DNA from: Octopus bimaculoides
Lineage: Eukaryota
Length of the DNA stretch: 43,579 nucleotides
Direction: 5' to 3'
NCBI RefSeq assembly: GCF_001194135.2
Contig: NC_068991.1
Location: 20,011,062-20,054,640, forward strand
The notes below the pieces were generated by a model that saw only the letters and a program-made list of their open reading frames with translations, was not told where the DNA came from and did not search any database. The position numbers and the translations under genes are program-made. Positions 11,815 to 24,202 of the stretch are shown piece by piece. Numbering within the stretch: position 1 is the stretch's first letter; each line of letters opens with the position of its first letter.

Positions 11815-12891
11815 ATTGTCAGTATGGTTTCGAAAGACTCAGCCGCGGTAGGCGATGTTGTTGGCTTGGTTTTTCAGTTCAGTGAAGCGTATCAAAGCTT
11901 TCCATATTACATTTAACATAGAGAACTCGTAATATTCACTATAAAAGAAAAAAATACGGCAAAAGCTTCAATACATTCATATGTTGTTTAACCACTCCAA
12001 TAATGTTTAAAAAATTGTTTTAAAATGTATTCATACAATTTATCACTATCATTAACAGGTAAACTACCACGGCCTGCTACAGGAAATTACTGATGACACC
12101 ACGATTTTCCGATCATACTGCATACAGTTTTACTACAAGGAAATGTATTTTATTTTTATTTATTTTTTAATTTATTTTTACGTTTGCATTTTTACAATAT
12201 TTCACGCTTAGCACTCAAACCATATGAAAGATACAGAATGAAATATTTTCTCGAATCGTGAAGATGTACCAGTAGTAGTGCACATAGCGATCGTGTGACG
12301 TCTGCAGTGAACCAACGGTCAAACATGTGGTTAACAAGTAAAAATGAACAAGTTATTAACAATACATTTATTTATTATAGTTGAAGAACATTGCAGAAGC
12401 GGTGTGAAACAACAGCACAATTTCAATACAAATTTGAGAGTTGTTAAGCGTAAAAAGGTACACACAGTCTGGTATTAGATATCATTCAATTTGCAAGTAT
12501 CACCACCCTTTGATTTCTAGAGTAAATACAGGAATTGTTTGTTAAATCATATTAGAATCTACATATTCGAATTCAAAATTATGACACACTTGTTCTTTTG
12601 AAATAATAGAAAATCAGTCACAAAATTGTATATTACAATGCATGTATGAAAACAAGAGAGAAACGTTTCATTTAGGTATTTAGAGGATTTTGCAAACTCT
12701 GAAGTATTTCCAGCCAATAGACCACCAGAAGACTTGCAAAATTTGTGAACTGATATGTTACATGAAAGTTATTACATTATTTATTTACCTATGTGTTTAT
12801 TTATTCATTTATTTGAGGTAAGGAATTAGAATCCCGAGTGGCAGTTTTCGCAATTTTCCTAACTTACAAACGTATAACCTTCCGACAATGT

Positions 12892-13028
12892 TTGACATGG
12901 TGATTATATTATATCTATGGTGATATTATATCTATGGTGATATTATATCTATGGTGATATTATGTCTATGGTGATATTATATCTATGGTGATATTATATT
13001 TATGGTGATTGACATGGTGATTATATTA
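12892..13028. repeat. 17-bp tandem array (ATGGTGATATTATATCT x5 plus partial units) between 20-bp direct repeats
   Basis: Units start at 12917, 12934, 12951, 12968 and 12985. TTGACATGGTGATTATATTA occurs at 12892-12911 and 13009-13028. Confidence 0.95.
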
Positions 13029-13087
13029 GAGGATGTGGCACATAGAACCGAGGAAAACTCGACAGGAAACAATATTTTTAGAAAATC

Positions 13088-13289
13088 ATAATGGTTTCAA
13101 ATTTTGCTAAAAAGTCAGCAATTTCGGGAGAGTGAGTCAGTCGATTACATCGACACCAGTGCTCAGCAGCTATTTATTTTAATTTTATTGATCCCGAAAG
13201 AATGAAAAACAAAGTGAGCCTCGGTGAAATCTGAACTTAGAACGTTAAAGACGGATGAAATACCGCTTAGCATTTTGTCTGTTAGCTCA
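13088..13289 (-). mobile_element. SINE family C (tail type 1)
   Basis: AATGGTTTCAAATTTT tail, GTCGATTACATCGAC hairpin, GATCCCGAAAGAATGAAA core, GAACTTAGAACG, TACCGCTTAGCATTTT. Confidence 0.8.
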
Positions 13290-13299
13290 TTGCTTTCAC

Positions 13300-13465
13300 G
13301 ATATTCTTTTCTACTCTAGGCACAAGGCCCGAAATTTTTGAGGAGGAGGGGCTAGCCGATTAGATCGATCGCAGTACGCAACTGGTACTTAATTTATCGA
13401 CTCCAAAGAGATGAAAGGCAAAGTCGACCTCGGCGGAATTTAAACTCAGAACGTAAAGACAGACG
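13300..13465 (-). mobile_element. SINE family C (tail type 2), 5'-truncated
   Basis: Clear core ACTGGTACTTAATTTATCGACTCCAAAGAGATGAAAGGCAAAGTCGACCTCGGCGGAATTTAAACTCAG. Confidence 0.88.
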
Positions 13466-13759
13466 GGATCTTTTTTAAAACGGGGGCCACATTTTTCATT
13501 AACGAAACACTTTGAAACTTGGAACACTGGTAGAATGTGTCATATAAAACATCTTTTTCTCTTAGTCTTCTTAAAAAAAAAAGAAATCCCTAAGTTATTC
13601 CATGTTAAAGTTGTCGTATTTCTGTAATTTCAACCAATCACTGACGTCCATTCAGCCGATATACATTAAGTGCCGACTACATAAACAAACGATTCTGAAA
13701 CAATTCTATCGGTGATAGGGTTAGGGTTAGTGTTAGGGTTAGGGTAAAACAGCAAATTT
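13466..13759. mobile_element. Unclassified repeat containing interstitial (TTAGGG)n, possibly a Helitron/Helentron-type non-autonomous element
   Basis: Starts where the SINE C copy breaks off, contains CCAATCACTGACGTC and TAGGG-TTAGGG-TTAGTG-TTAGGG-TTAGGG (13716-13744), and runs into an N gap. The class is a guess. Confidence 0.45.
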
Positions 13760-14761
13760 NNNNNNNNNNNNNNNNNNNNNNNNNNNNNNNNNNNNNNNNN
13801 NNNNNNNNNNNNNNNNNNNNNNNNNNNNNNNNNNNNNNNNNNNNNNNNNNNNNNNNNNNNNNNNNNNNNNNNNNNNNNNNNNNNNNNNNNNNNNNNNNNN
13901 NNNNNNNNNNNNNNNNNNNNNNNNNNNNNNNNNNNNNNNNNNNNNNNNNNNNNNNNNNNNNNNNNNNNNNNNNNNNNNNNNNNNNNNNNNNNNNNNNNNN
14001 NNNNNNNNNNNNNNNNNNNNNNNNNNNNNNNNNNNNNNNNNNNNNNNNNNNNNNNNNNNNNNNNNNNNNNNNNNNNNNNNNNNNNNNNNNNNNNNNNNNN
14101 NNNNNNNNNNNNNNNNNNNNNNNNNNNNNNNNNNNNNNNNNNNNNNNNNNNNNNNNNNNNNNNNNNNNNNNNNNNNNNNNNNNNNNNNNNNNNNNNNNNN
14201 NNNNNNNNNNNNNNNNNNNNNNNNNNNNNNNNNNNNNNNNNNNNNNNNNNNNNNNNNNNNNNNNNNNNNNNNNNNNNNNNNNNNNNNNNNNNNNNNNNNN
14301 NNNNNNNNNNNNNNNNNNNNNNNNNNNNNNNNNNNNNNNNNNNNNNNNNNNNNNNNNNNNNNNNNNNNNNNNNNNNNNNNNNNNNNNNNNNNNNNNNNNN
14401 NNNNNNNNNNNNNNNNNNNNNNNNNNNNNNNNNNNNNNNNNNNNCGATATCTAATAAATCACTAAAGCAATATGTGTGCGTGCATGTGTGTGCAAGTTTG
14501 TATATGTGTGCGGATGTGAGCGTGCACAAGAAAAAATTTTTTTTTAAAGAATGAAATTAGAAGACCTTTTAATTTTTGTGCTTTTTTATATATTTTTTTC
14601 TTTATTTCTTTTTTTTTTACGATCGATATGTTTGTGAGTTCAATTCTCGATAAAAGACGTCTAAATATAATAAAGAAAAAATATCTAAATCTATCTTTAA
14701 GCCAACCACTAATGACGACTGCGCCTCTTATTTTCGCTTTGTTTCTACAGTGTAGTGATTG

Positions 14762-14969
14762 ACAACGTTGTTGTTGTTGGAGTGGAGGTTTTGTAGTGGT
14801 AATAGTGGTGTTGAGAATGCTGTTGTTGTTGTTGTTGTTGTTGTAGTACATAGAAGTGTTGTAGTATATGGAGACCCCCAGTGTTCGTGATTGCAGTAGT
14901 GAGTGGCATTGCTGTTGTTGTAGTGGCGATGGTTGTGGTAGTATTAGTGGTGTTGGTAATATTGCAACT

Positions 14970-15029
<60 letters not shown>

Positions 15030-15079
15030 ATTGTAGTATTAAATGACAGTGTTACCATTAAGATAGTTTAGTCGTGGTT

Positions 15080-15130
<51 letters not shown>

Positions 15131-15979
15131 ACAGCAGCAGCAGCAGCAGCAGCATTCCCGTGGTTGTGTTTGCTATTTTAGTTGTTGTTCATGTTGTTTC
15201 GGAGGTAGTGATTGTAGTATTAGTGGTGNNNNNNNNNNNNNNNNNNNNNNNNNNNNNNNNNNNNNNNNNNNNNNNNNNNNNNNNNNNNNNNNNNNNNNNN
15301 NNNNNNNNNNNNNNNNNNNNNNNNNNNNNNNNNNNNNNNNNNNNNNNNNNNNNNNNNNNNNNNNNNNNNNNNNNNNNNNNNNNNNNNNNNNNNNNNNNNN
15401 NNNNNNNNNNNNNNNNNNNNNNNNNNNNNNNNNNNNNNNNNNNNNNNNNNNNNNNNNNNNNNNNNNNNNNNNNNNNNNNNNNNNNNNNNNNNNNNNNNNN
15501 NNNNNNNNNNNNNNNNNNNNNNNNNNNNNNNNNNNNNNNNNNNNNNNNNNNNNNNNNNNNNNNNNNNNNNNNNNNNNNNNNNNNNNNNNNNNNNNNNNNN
15601 NNNNNNNNNNNNNNNNNNNNNNNNNNNNNNNNNNNNNNNNNNNNNNNNNNNNNNNNNNNNNNNNNNNNNNNNNNNNNNNNNNNNNNNNNNNNNNNNNNNN
15701 NNNNNNNNNNNNNNNNNNNNNNNNNNNNNNNNNNNNNNNNNNNNNNNNNNNNNNNNNNNNNNNNNNNNNNNNNNNNNNNNNNNNNNNNNNNNNNNNNNNN
15801 NNNNNNNNNNNNNNNNNNNNNNNNNNNNNNNNNNNNNNNNNNNNNNNNNNNNNNNNNNNNNNNNNNNNNNNNNNNNNNNNNNNNNNNNNNNNNNNNNNNN
15901 NNNNNNNNNNNNNNNNNNNNNNNNNNNNNNNNNNNNNNNNNAAGAAGAAGAAGAAGAAGAAGAAGAAAAAGAAAAAGAA

Positions 15980-16026
<47 letters not shown>

Positions 16027-16115
16027 AGAAGAAGAAGAAGAAGAAGAAGAAGAAGAAGAACAAGAACAAGAAGAACAAGAAGAACAAGAAGAAGAACAAG
16101 AAGAAGAAGAAGAAG
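14762..16115. repeat. Compound trinucleotide field: (GTT)n, (GTA)n, (GCA)n, N gap, (GAA)n
   Basis: Directly visible; source of the poly-T/V/R/F pseudo-ORFs. Confidence 0.95.
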
Positions 16116-17555
16116 CATGGTAATTATTAAGCGAAAAATGTGATTCACTTTTTCACTTCAAATAGAAAATGAAAAAGAAGGAATAAGGGAAGATGAAGAC
16201 GAAGATGAAGAAGATAGCAATAATAATTAAAAATGATAATAACAATAATGATAAAAATAACGGGATAACAGTGAGTGACCGGTTCCGATGACCTCAAAAT
16301 CAACTTAACATTTTAGAGAACAAAAAAGAAAAAAGAGAAGAGAAATGGAAAGGAACAAAGAAAAAAGGGAATAGCTACAACAGCAAAAGAAAAAAGAAAA
16401 GAAATGAAAAATGTAGTAACAAGAACAATATTAGCCACTGTAATGAATAATAATGTTAATGATCGAATTTCGGTTTGCAATGATGTCGATCGAAGACGAT
16501 AAATTAAGCAGAATTACAGTGAGCCGTGCAGAGGTGGTGAGGTAGGGTGAGGGTGGGGGTGGGGGGTTAAACAAGAGAAGAAAAAAAGGAGGGTGTGTTT
16601 GGTCATAACTAAGAAGAGAATTAACAAAGATGGCGACGAAGAAAATAAACCAAGGGTGCAGAATGTGAAAGTGAAAGTGAAAGTGAAAGTGAAAGGGTTT
16701 GGGGAGGAGAAGGAAGTTACATAAAGCGGGGGCGACGTAGTAAAGCGTGAATTTCAAGATATGTGATGGGGGGAGATAAATTGGGGCATTTTTTTTTTAT
16801 TTAAACCCTGATCTGTACTGATTGAGCAGATTTATGATCAAAGGCATTCCAACTATGACCATCCCATATTTTTCCTTTTTGTCTTTTGTTTTTTTATGCA
16901 ATTTTCCTCTAAAGATGCATCATCCAGTGTGTCCATATTTTACGATGGATAATGAACACTAGAAATAACAGTCAAAGCGACTTGACTGGTATTTCTAGAA
17001 GACAGAGTGACCCTCGTAGACTAATNNNNNNNNNNNNNNNNNNNNNNNNNNNNNNNNNNNNNNNNNNNNNNNNNNNNNNNNNNNNNNNNNNNNNNNNNNN
17101 NNNNNNNNNNNNNNNNNNNNNNNNNNNNNNNNNNNNNNNNNNNNNNNNNNNNNNNNNNNNNNNNNNNNNNNNNNNNNNNNNNNNNNNNNNNNNNNNNNNN
17201 NNNNNNNNNNNNNNNNNNNNNNNNNNNNNNNNNNNNNNNNNNNNNNNNNNNNNNNNNNNNNNNNNNNNNNNNNNNNNNNNNNNNNNNNNNNNNNNNNNNN
17301 NNNNNNNNNNNNNNNNNNNNNNNNNNNNNNNNNNNNNNNNNNNNNNNNNNNNNNNNNNNNNNNNNNNNNNNNNNNNNNNNNNNNNNNNNNNNNNNNNNNN
17401 NNNNNNNNNNNNNNNNNNNNNNNNNNNNNNNNNNNNNNNNNNNNNNNNNNNNNNNNNNNNNNNNNNNNNNNNNNNNNNNNNNNNNNNNNNNNNNNNNNNN
17501 NNNNNNNNNNNNNNNNNNNNNNNNNNNNNNNNNNATATATATATATATATATATA

Positions 17556-18651
17556 TAATGGGTTGTCAGATAAATTCGTTCGTGTGTTTCCTGTGTTATA
17601 TGAATTATAGTTTACCTTGAGTCACCGGACTGCGGCCATGCTGGAGCACCGCCTTGAATGGTTTTCGAAGACACTTCTCCAAGGTATCACGTAATGGTAC
17701 TGAACCCGAAACCATGTGGTCGGGAAGCAAACTTCTTACTATACAGCCACGCTTGCGCCTATAATCACGAAAAGAAGTGGTGGTCAGTCCTTCTCGAATT
17801 ATTTTGAAAAATAATTTTATCGTAGTGTTTTATAGATGTTCCTTTTTTTTTTTAGCTCTCTTCTATACTTTTTCTTTACCGTTCTTGAAATGTAAATAAA
17901 TTTTACCTCTTTTCAACATTATTACGATGGAGTACCAAGTAGGAAAAAAATGTGTATTTCCGATAACTGCTTCTTTTTTGCTTTAGGTCAAAGTTTCAGA
18001 GTTGCCGAAGCCACTCGAAGCATTTATGCCATTATATACAAAAGGTGTTATTATCAAAGGAATTGCACAGGAATAGACTTCACGCTTCAATGAGGGGAAA
18101 TTCGACCTCATAGACTCTCGGCGTTCTGGCCCATCTGTTCAGTTTGATAAAGATGAATTGAACGAACTCATCCACGAGGATCTGCCCCAATCCACTCGGG
18201 AATTGGCCCAGCAGATGGAATGCTCTCATGATATCGTTGCCTGTCAACTTCGTTCGATGGGTGATTCCAAACGACCCGACCTGAGACACGGCGTGCTTCT
18301 TCACCACAACGTTCGACCCCACGTCGCTAATTTGAGCAAAAATGCTATTCAAGACCTCGGTTGGGAGTTCTAATGCACCTACCGTATTCTCCTCATGCGG
18401 CGACCTTTTCCCTGTAGCTCCCCAGTAGTCTGCGAGGCATTTAGTCCAAGAATATGTTGCTGAAAGCCTGGCTTCACGAATTCTTCGAGTCATGGACCCG
18501 GTGATTTATACTGTCAAGGCATTGACAAGTTAGTGGAACGTTCGCAAGAAGTTGTGGACAATGAAGACGTTTGTCACAAGTGGTGATTAAAAATAAGGAT
18601 TGAAATAAATGCTAACAAAAAAAACGAACGATTTTATTTGACAATCAAATA
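17556..18651 (+). mobile_element. Internally deleted mariner transposon with both TIRs
   Basis: TIRs TAATGGGTTGTCAGATAAATTCGTTCGT (17556-17583) and the reverse complement of 18624-18651 match 23/28. Decayed ORF from ATG 17927: MEYQV..., RFNEGKFDLIDSRRSGPSVQFD...STRELAQQMECSH (HTH region), GVLLHHNVRPH (HDNARPH-like), HLPYSPH (YSPDL-like), GIDKLVERSQEVVDNE. Confidence 0.92.
17619..17761 (-). mobile_element. Short family B SINE (head joined directly to 3' tail), nested in the mariner
   Basis: Minus strand: TAGGCGCAAGCGTGGCTG...GTGTCTTC then CGAAAACCATTCAAGGCGGTGCTCCAGCATGGCCGCAGTC. Confidence 0.85.
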
Positions 18652-18751
18652 CTTATAAACATTTTGTCCGCTGCTCTACCGATTCGCTGATCCAAAATCT
18701 TCCTTTAATGTTGATTATCATAACAATTTGGTCCTTTGTTAACAATATAAA

Positions 18752-19090
18752 GGGTAAAGACCTCATCGGTCCTGAATGACCATGGGATTGTACCTTGAAA
18801 GTTTCCCCTCCGAGGAACAAGTCCCAGTAAGATTGTTTATGGAAGACAAGCTGTCGTCCATGTATACTCGTCTCCCGTCTCCATTCCACTGATTTTATCG
18901 AAGGGAAAGGATGAGGCTGATACAGCTTGGCACCAGTGACGTCACAACTCATTTCTATAGCTGAGTGAACTGGAGCAACGTGAAATGAAGTATCTTGTTC
19001 AAGAATACAACACAGCCCGGCCCGGAAATCGAATTCACAGCCTCATCATTGTGAGCCTGACGCTCTAACCACAGAGCTATACGCCTTCAC
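18752..19090 (-). mobile_element. SINE family A (tRNA head + CORE-like; probably related to octopus OR2), full length
   Basis: Reverse complement aligns end to end with 42842-43172. Confidence 0.9.
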
Positions 19091-19196
19091 GATTTATAAT
19101 AATGTTTACAATATTATAAATCTATAGACGAAAGGATATGAGATTGTGTGATGCTCATGCCGTTCATGTATTTCCAAATATATAAGTGTTATTACA

Positions 19197-19350
19197 CAGT
19201 GGTGCTTAGGAAGCTCGTTTCAAAGCTAATCGGTTTCCGGTTCGATTCCATATTGTGTTACCTTGAGCAAACATTTTCTTCTGCAGCTTGGGGTTGACCA
19301 AGGCTTTTGAGACGAATTTGCAAGATGGAACGCTGTTCGGAAATACTATA
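19197..19350 (+). mobile_element. SINE family B-like 5' half, strongly degraded
   Basis: GGTTCGATTCC B box, ACCTTGAGCAA, GACCAAGGCTTTTGAG follow the family B order. Confidence 0.5.
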
Positions 19351-19434
19351 TGGTGACCTAATGTCTGTCACAAAATGTAATACGTGACATCCGCTCAGAA
19401 ATACTCATTTCGAATATCTCTACCCGCGCTTAAT

Positions 19435-19506
<72 letters not shown>

Positions 19507-19695
19507 NNNNNNNNNNNNNNNNNNNNNNNNNNNNNNNNNNNNNNNNNNNNNNNNNNNNNNNNNNNNNNNNNNNNNNNNNNNNNNNNNNNNNNNNNNNNNN
19601 NNNNNNNNNNNNNNNNNNNNNNNNNNNNNNNNNNNNNNNNNNNNNNNNNNNNNNNNNNNNNNNNNNNNNNNNNNNNNNNNNNNNNNNNNNNNNNN

Positions 19696-19738
<43 letters not shown>

Positions 19739-20204
19739 AATAGACACATATTCACTTAGATACATTCAAATAAAAAGTTATATATGTATATACCCACACA
19801 TGCATACAAATATATATGTAAACGGAGACACATAAACACACAAACATACACACACACTCAAATTTACACACATACATACGTATACATACATGTGTACAAC
19901 ATTCGAAATGGTCATATACACAAATGAAACACACTAGTACTTTCACACATATATACATAGACACGCATGTATACACATCTGAAGAATTTAAAGACCATTT
20001 TAGTCATCTTTGAAATCTTCGATAGCCAAAAGATAAATCCACCCACCACAAGCCTCCTCCCTCACCACGTCACCACCCATGTTTAAAAAAAAGAAGAAAA
20101 AAAACAATGCAAAAGAAAACAAAAGACAGCGAAGAAAAAAAACATCTCACAATCGATCAGATAACGACCGACATTTTAACCTCCACCCACAATCGCCAAA
20201 CCTC

Positions 20205-20256
20205 TACCGCTACCACCACCACCACCACCACCACCATCACAGCTACTTCTACTACG

Positions 20257-20288
<32 letters not shown>

Positions 20289-20800
20289 CATCTCCACCAA
20301 GACCACTAACAACATTATCAATACCAACACCATTGCAACCACTGTAAACGTCACCACCATAGCCGCCGCCACTACCGTTAGAGATACTGATGGCGGTGGT
20401 GGTGGTGGTGGTGGTGGTGGTAGTCCATCACCATCTACTACAATGCTATCATCACTATTACTACTACTACCAACACCACCGCAACCACAACCACCACCAC
20501 CATCACCATTCCTACTACTATCGTCACCACCATTAGTACCGTCGCAACCACCACTACCACCACTACCATCACTATCAACCCTTCAACAACCACCTATACC
20601 ATTACCATCACCACCACCACCACCACTACTACATCTAACACCTCCACCACTGCCAGTACTACAACTTATACCTTTATCACTACTAGCACTGCTACCACCA
20701 ACATCAACCCTTCAAGCACCACCGTTAGAACCACCACCATTACCACCACCACTACCACCACCACCGCCGCCACCACCACCACCATCACTACTGCCAACAG
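20205..20800. repeat. Degenerate (ACC/ACT/GGT)n low-complexity tract
   Basis: Directly visible; produces the T/G/P-rich ORF at 20107-20901. Confidence 0.9.
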
Positions 20801-20984
20801 CAACTAAACAAAAACACTTCTATGGAGTCGCTCGACCACCTCAAATTTCTCCCTACAATCTTCTCACTGAAGAACACTTTGGGGTCTTGTGGTCTTCTTG
20901 ATGTCCCCTGTACATAGGCAAAGGGCACGTTGATCATTCATGGGACGTGTTTGATTATCTGCTCGACCAGGAAACGCCCTACAT

Positions 20985-21095
20985 CAGCGTTCCTCAACCT
21001 TATTTTACCTGCGGATCCTTTCGATTCTTCTTTGACTCAGGAGAACCCCATGGCCAATTGATGCTTAAAAATCCTGCTATACAGTTATTTTGTGA
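20985..21095. mobile_element. Possible hAT-Charlie-type element end
   Basis: CAGCGTTCCTCAACCT...GCGGATCC resembles Charlie-like CAGTGGTTCTCAACC termini. No partner TIR found. Confidence 0.3.
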
Positions 21096-21100
21096 TGACT

Positions 21101-21212
21101 GTCCCACTGCGTGGCACCTTAGGCAAGTGTCTTCTACTATAGCCTCGGGCCGACCAAAGCCTTGTGAGTGGATTTGGTAGACGGAAACTGAAAGAAGCCC
21201 GTCGTATATATG

Positions 21213-21264
<52 letters not shown>

Positions 21265-21339
21265 TGTCCCCCCAACATCGCTTGGCCACCGATGCTGGTG
21301 TGTTTACGCCCCCGTAACTTAGCGGTTCGGCAAAAGGAC
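21101..21339 (+). mobile_element. SINE family B, young-looking copy lacking the first ~55 nt, cut by an N gap
   Basis: GTCCCACTGCGTGGCACCTTAGGCAAGTG...GAAGCCCGTCG, (TA)n(TG)n, CCCCCCAACATCGCTTG...GGTTCGGCAAAA. Confidence 0.92.
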
Positions 21340-22178
21340 NNNNNNNNNNNNNNNNNNNNNNNNNNNNNNNNNNNNNNNNNNNNNNNNNNNNNNNNNNNNN
21401 NNNNNNNNNNNNNNNNNNNNNNNNNNNNNNNNNNNNNNNNNNNNNNNNNNNNNNNNNNNNNNNNNNNNNNNNNNNNNNNNNNNNNNNNNNNNNNNNNNNN
21501 NNNNNNNNNNNNNNNNNNNNNNNNNNNNNNNNNNNNNNNNNNNNNNNNNNNNNNNNNNNNNNNNNNNNNNNNNNNNNNNNNNNNNNNNNNNNNNNNNNNN
21601 NNNNNNNNNNNNNNNNNNNNNNNNNNNNNNNNNNNNNNNNNNNNNNNNNNNNNNNNNNNNNNNNNNNNNNNNNNNNNNNNNNNNNNNNNNNNNNNNNNNN
21701 NNNNNNNNNNNNNNNNNNNNNNNNNNNNNNNNNNNNNNNNNNNNNNNNNNNNNNNNNNNNNNNNNNNNNNNNNNNNNNNNNNNNNNNNNNNNNNNNNNNN
21801 NNNNNNNNNNNNNNNNNNNNNNNNNNNNNNNNNNNNNNNNNNNNNNNNNNNNNNNNNNNNNNNNNNNNNNNNNNNNNNNNNNNNNNNNNNNNNNNNNNNN
21901 NNNNNNNNNNNNNNNNNNNNNNNNNNNNNNNNNNNNNNNNNNNNNNNNNNNNNNNNNNNNNNNNNNNNNNNNNNNNNNNNNNNNNNNNNNNNNNNNNNNN
22001 NNNNNNNNNNNNNNNNNNNNNNNNNNNNNNNNNNNNNNNNNNNNNNNNNNNNNNNNNNNNNNNNNNNNNNNNNNNNNNNNNNNNNNNNNNNNNNNNNNNN
22101 NNNNNNNNNNNNNNNNNNNNNNNNNNNNNNNNNNNNNNNNNNNNNNNNNNNNNNNNNNNNNNNNNNNNNNNNNNNNNN

Positions 22179-22210
22179 CTCCTCCTCCTCTTCCTCCTCC
22201 TCCTCCTCCG

Positions 22211-22245
<35 letters not shown>

Positions 22246-22442
22246 CTATCGTCGTCGTCGTCGACGTCGTAGTCGTCGTCTTCGTCATCGCCGACCTCGT
22301 CGTCATCCTTATCATCTTCCCCGCTCTTTCGCACCATCATTAGGGGTCTTCAGTCGCAAGTTAGCCAATCGTTCTGAGATGACCGAGTGCTAAACAACAA
22401 CAACACCATCACCAATTTATCTCACCTCCACCATTACCATTG

Positions 22443-22478
<36 letters not shown>

Positions 22479-23935
22479 TTACTACTACTACTACTACTAC
22501 CATTGTCATACCACAACTCCCACAAACATCAACAAGAACAACAAAACCACTAATTACACTCGACATCATCACTACTACTCCCACCAGTGTCTTTATCACA
22601 CCTAACAACCGCAATCACTAACAGCACAACTACTACCACTACCACCACCACACCACCACCACTACCACCACCACACCACTACCACTACCAAAACCATCTC
22701 CGAAACTACCACCACCACCACCACCACCACTACCACTACCAAAACCATCTCCGAAACTACCACCATTGCTAACATCACCACTACCACCACCACCACCATC
22801 ACTACAACCAATGCTATTATCAGTAACATTTTCACCGGCACCACCATCACCACCACCATCACCACCACTNNNNNNNNNNNNNNNNNNNNNNNNNNNNNNN
22901 NNNNNNNNNNNNNNNNNNNNNNNNNNNNNNNNNNNNNNNNNNNNNNNNNNNNNNNNNNNNNNNNNNNNNNNNNNNNNNNNNNNNNNNNNNNNNNNNNNNN
23001 NNNNNNNNNNNNNNNNNNNNNNNNNNNNNNNNNNNNNNNNNNNNNNNNNNNNNNNNNNNNNNNNNNNNNNNNNNNNNNNNNNNNNNNNNNNNNNNNNNNN
23101 NNNNNNNNNNNNNNNNNNNNNNNNNNNNNNNNNNNNNNNNNNNNNNNNNNNNNNNNNNNNNNNNNNNNNNNNNNNNNNNNNNNNNNNNNNNNNNNNNNNN
23201 NNNNNNNNNNNNNNNNNNNNNNNNNNNNNNNNNNNNNNNNNNNNNNNNNNNNNNNNNNNNNNNNNNNNNNNNNNNNNNNNNNNNNNNNNNNNNNNNNNNN
23301 NNNNNNNNNNNNNNNNNNNNNNNNNNNNNNNNNNNNNNNNNNNNNNNNNNNNNNNNNNNNNNNNNNNNNNNNNNNNNNNNNNNNNNNNNNNNNNNNNNNN
23401 NNNNNNNNNNNNNNNNNNNNNNNNNNNNNNNNNNNNNNNNNNNNNNNNNNNNNNNNNNNNNNNNNNNNNNNNNNNNNNNNNNNNNNNNNNNNNNNNNNNN
23501 NNNNNNNNNNNNNNNNNNNNNNNNNCATTGCGGTTCAGAAAGTGGTGGTGGTGGTGGTTGTGATTGTAGCTGTGGTTGTGACTGTAGTGGTAGTTATGGT
23601 GGCGGTGGTGATAGTGGTGGTAGTGTTGTTGTTGTGGTGATAGTAGTGGCATTGGTGGTGGTGGTGGTGGTGCTGGTTGGGTAAGCGTTGATGATGATAT
23701 TGGTGATAACGGTCGTGATCGTGGTGGTGGTGGTGGTGGTGGTGGTGGAGCTGGTGGAGCTGGTGGTGCTGGTGATGGTGATGGTTACGTTAGTAATAGT
23801 TGTAGCAGTAGTAGTGGAAGCAGTGGTCATAGTGGTGGCGGTGGTGTTGCTGATGGCGACGTTTCTGGTAGTGGGTAGTGGTAGCGGTATTAGTTGAAAT
23901 AGTAGTATTGGTAATCGTAGTGGTGGTAGTCACAG
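22179..23935. repeat. Compound trinucleotide field ((TCC)n, (CAT)n, (ACT)n, (ACC)n, gap, (GGT)n) with a ~45-bp duplicated unit near 22680-22765
   Basis: Directly visible. ACTACCAAAACCATCTCCGAAACTACCACCA occurs twice. Confidence 0.9.
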
Positions 23936-24202
23936 TCGAGTTGGACATGTTAGGCTAAAATTGGAGAAGCATGATGGCGGCATACACAAAGTATCTGCAG
24001 CACTAATAATTATTATTGACAAAATATTTTTGCTGCTCCTTCTGCAAACACCTGGTGCCTCATACCGGAAGATCTAATGTAGGTCCTTAATAAAATCTCT
24101 GAGAAGTGTGTAGTGACTAATTTATAAGTGGGCAGCAAGGATTGGAGTGAAAATATTCGGCTAATATCATTGGTAATGCAAATGGTATGCATATGATTAA
24201 TT

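Noticed and set aside
12892-13028. CRISPR-like array
   Set aside because: The repeats are contiguous with no unique spacers, the DNA is eukaryotic, and there are no cas genes.
13716-13745. True telomere or chromosome fusion site
   Set aside because: Only about five units, one orientation, with ordinary sequence on both sides.
14710-14800. Strong-looking splice acceptor (ACTAAT branch, TTTCGCTTTGTTTCTACAG)
   Set aside because: All three downstream frames hit stops within about 50 nt in low-complexity sequence, and no donor was found.
20107-20901. 264-aa Thr/Gly/Pro-rich ORF resembling a formin or extensin
   Set aside because: Composed of (ACC/ACT/GGT)n microsatellite like the neighbouring 22179-23935 field; no recognisable domain or splice context.
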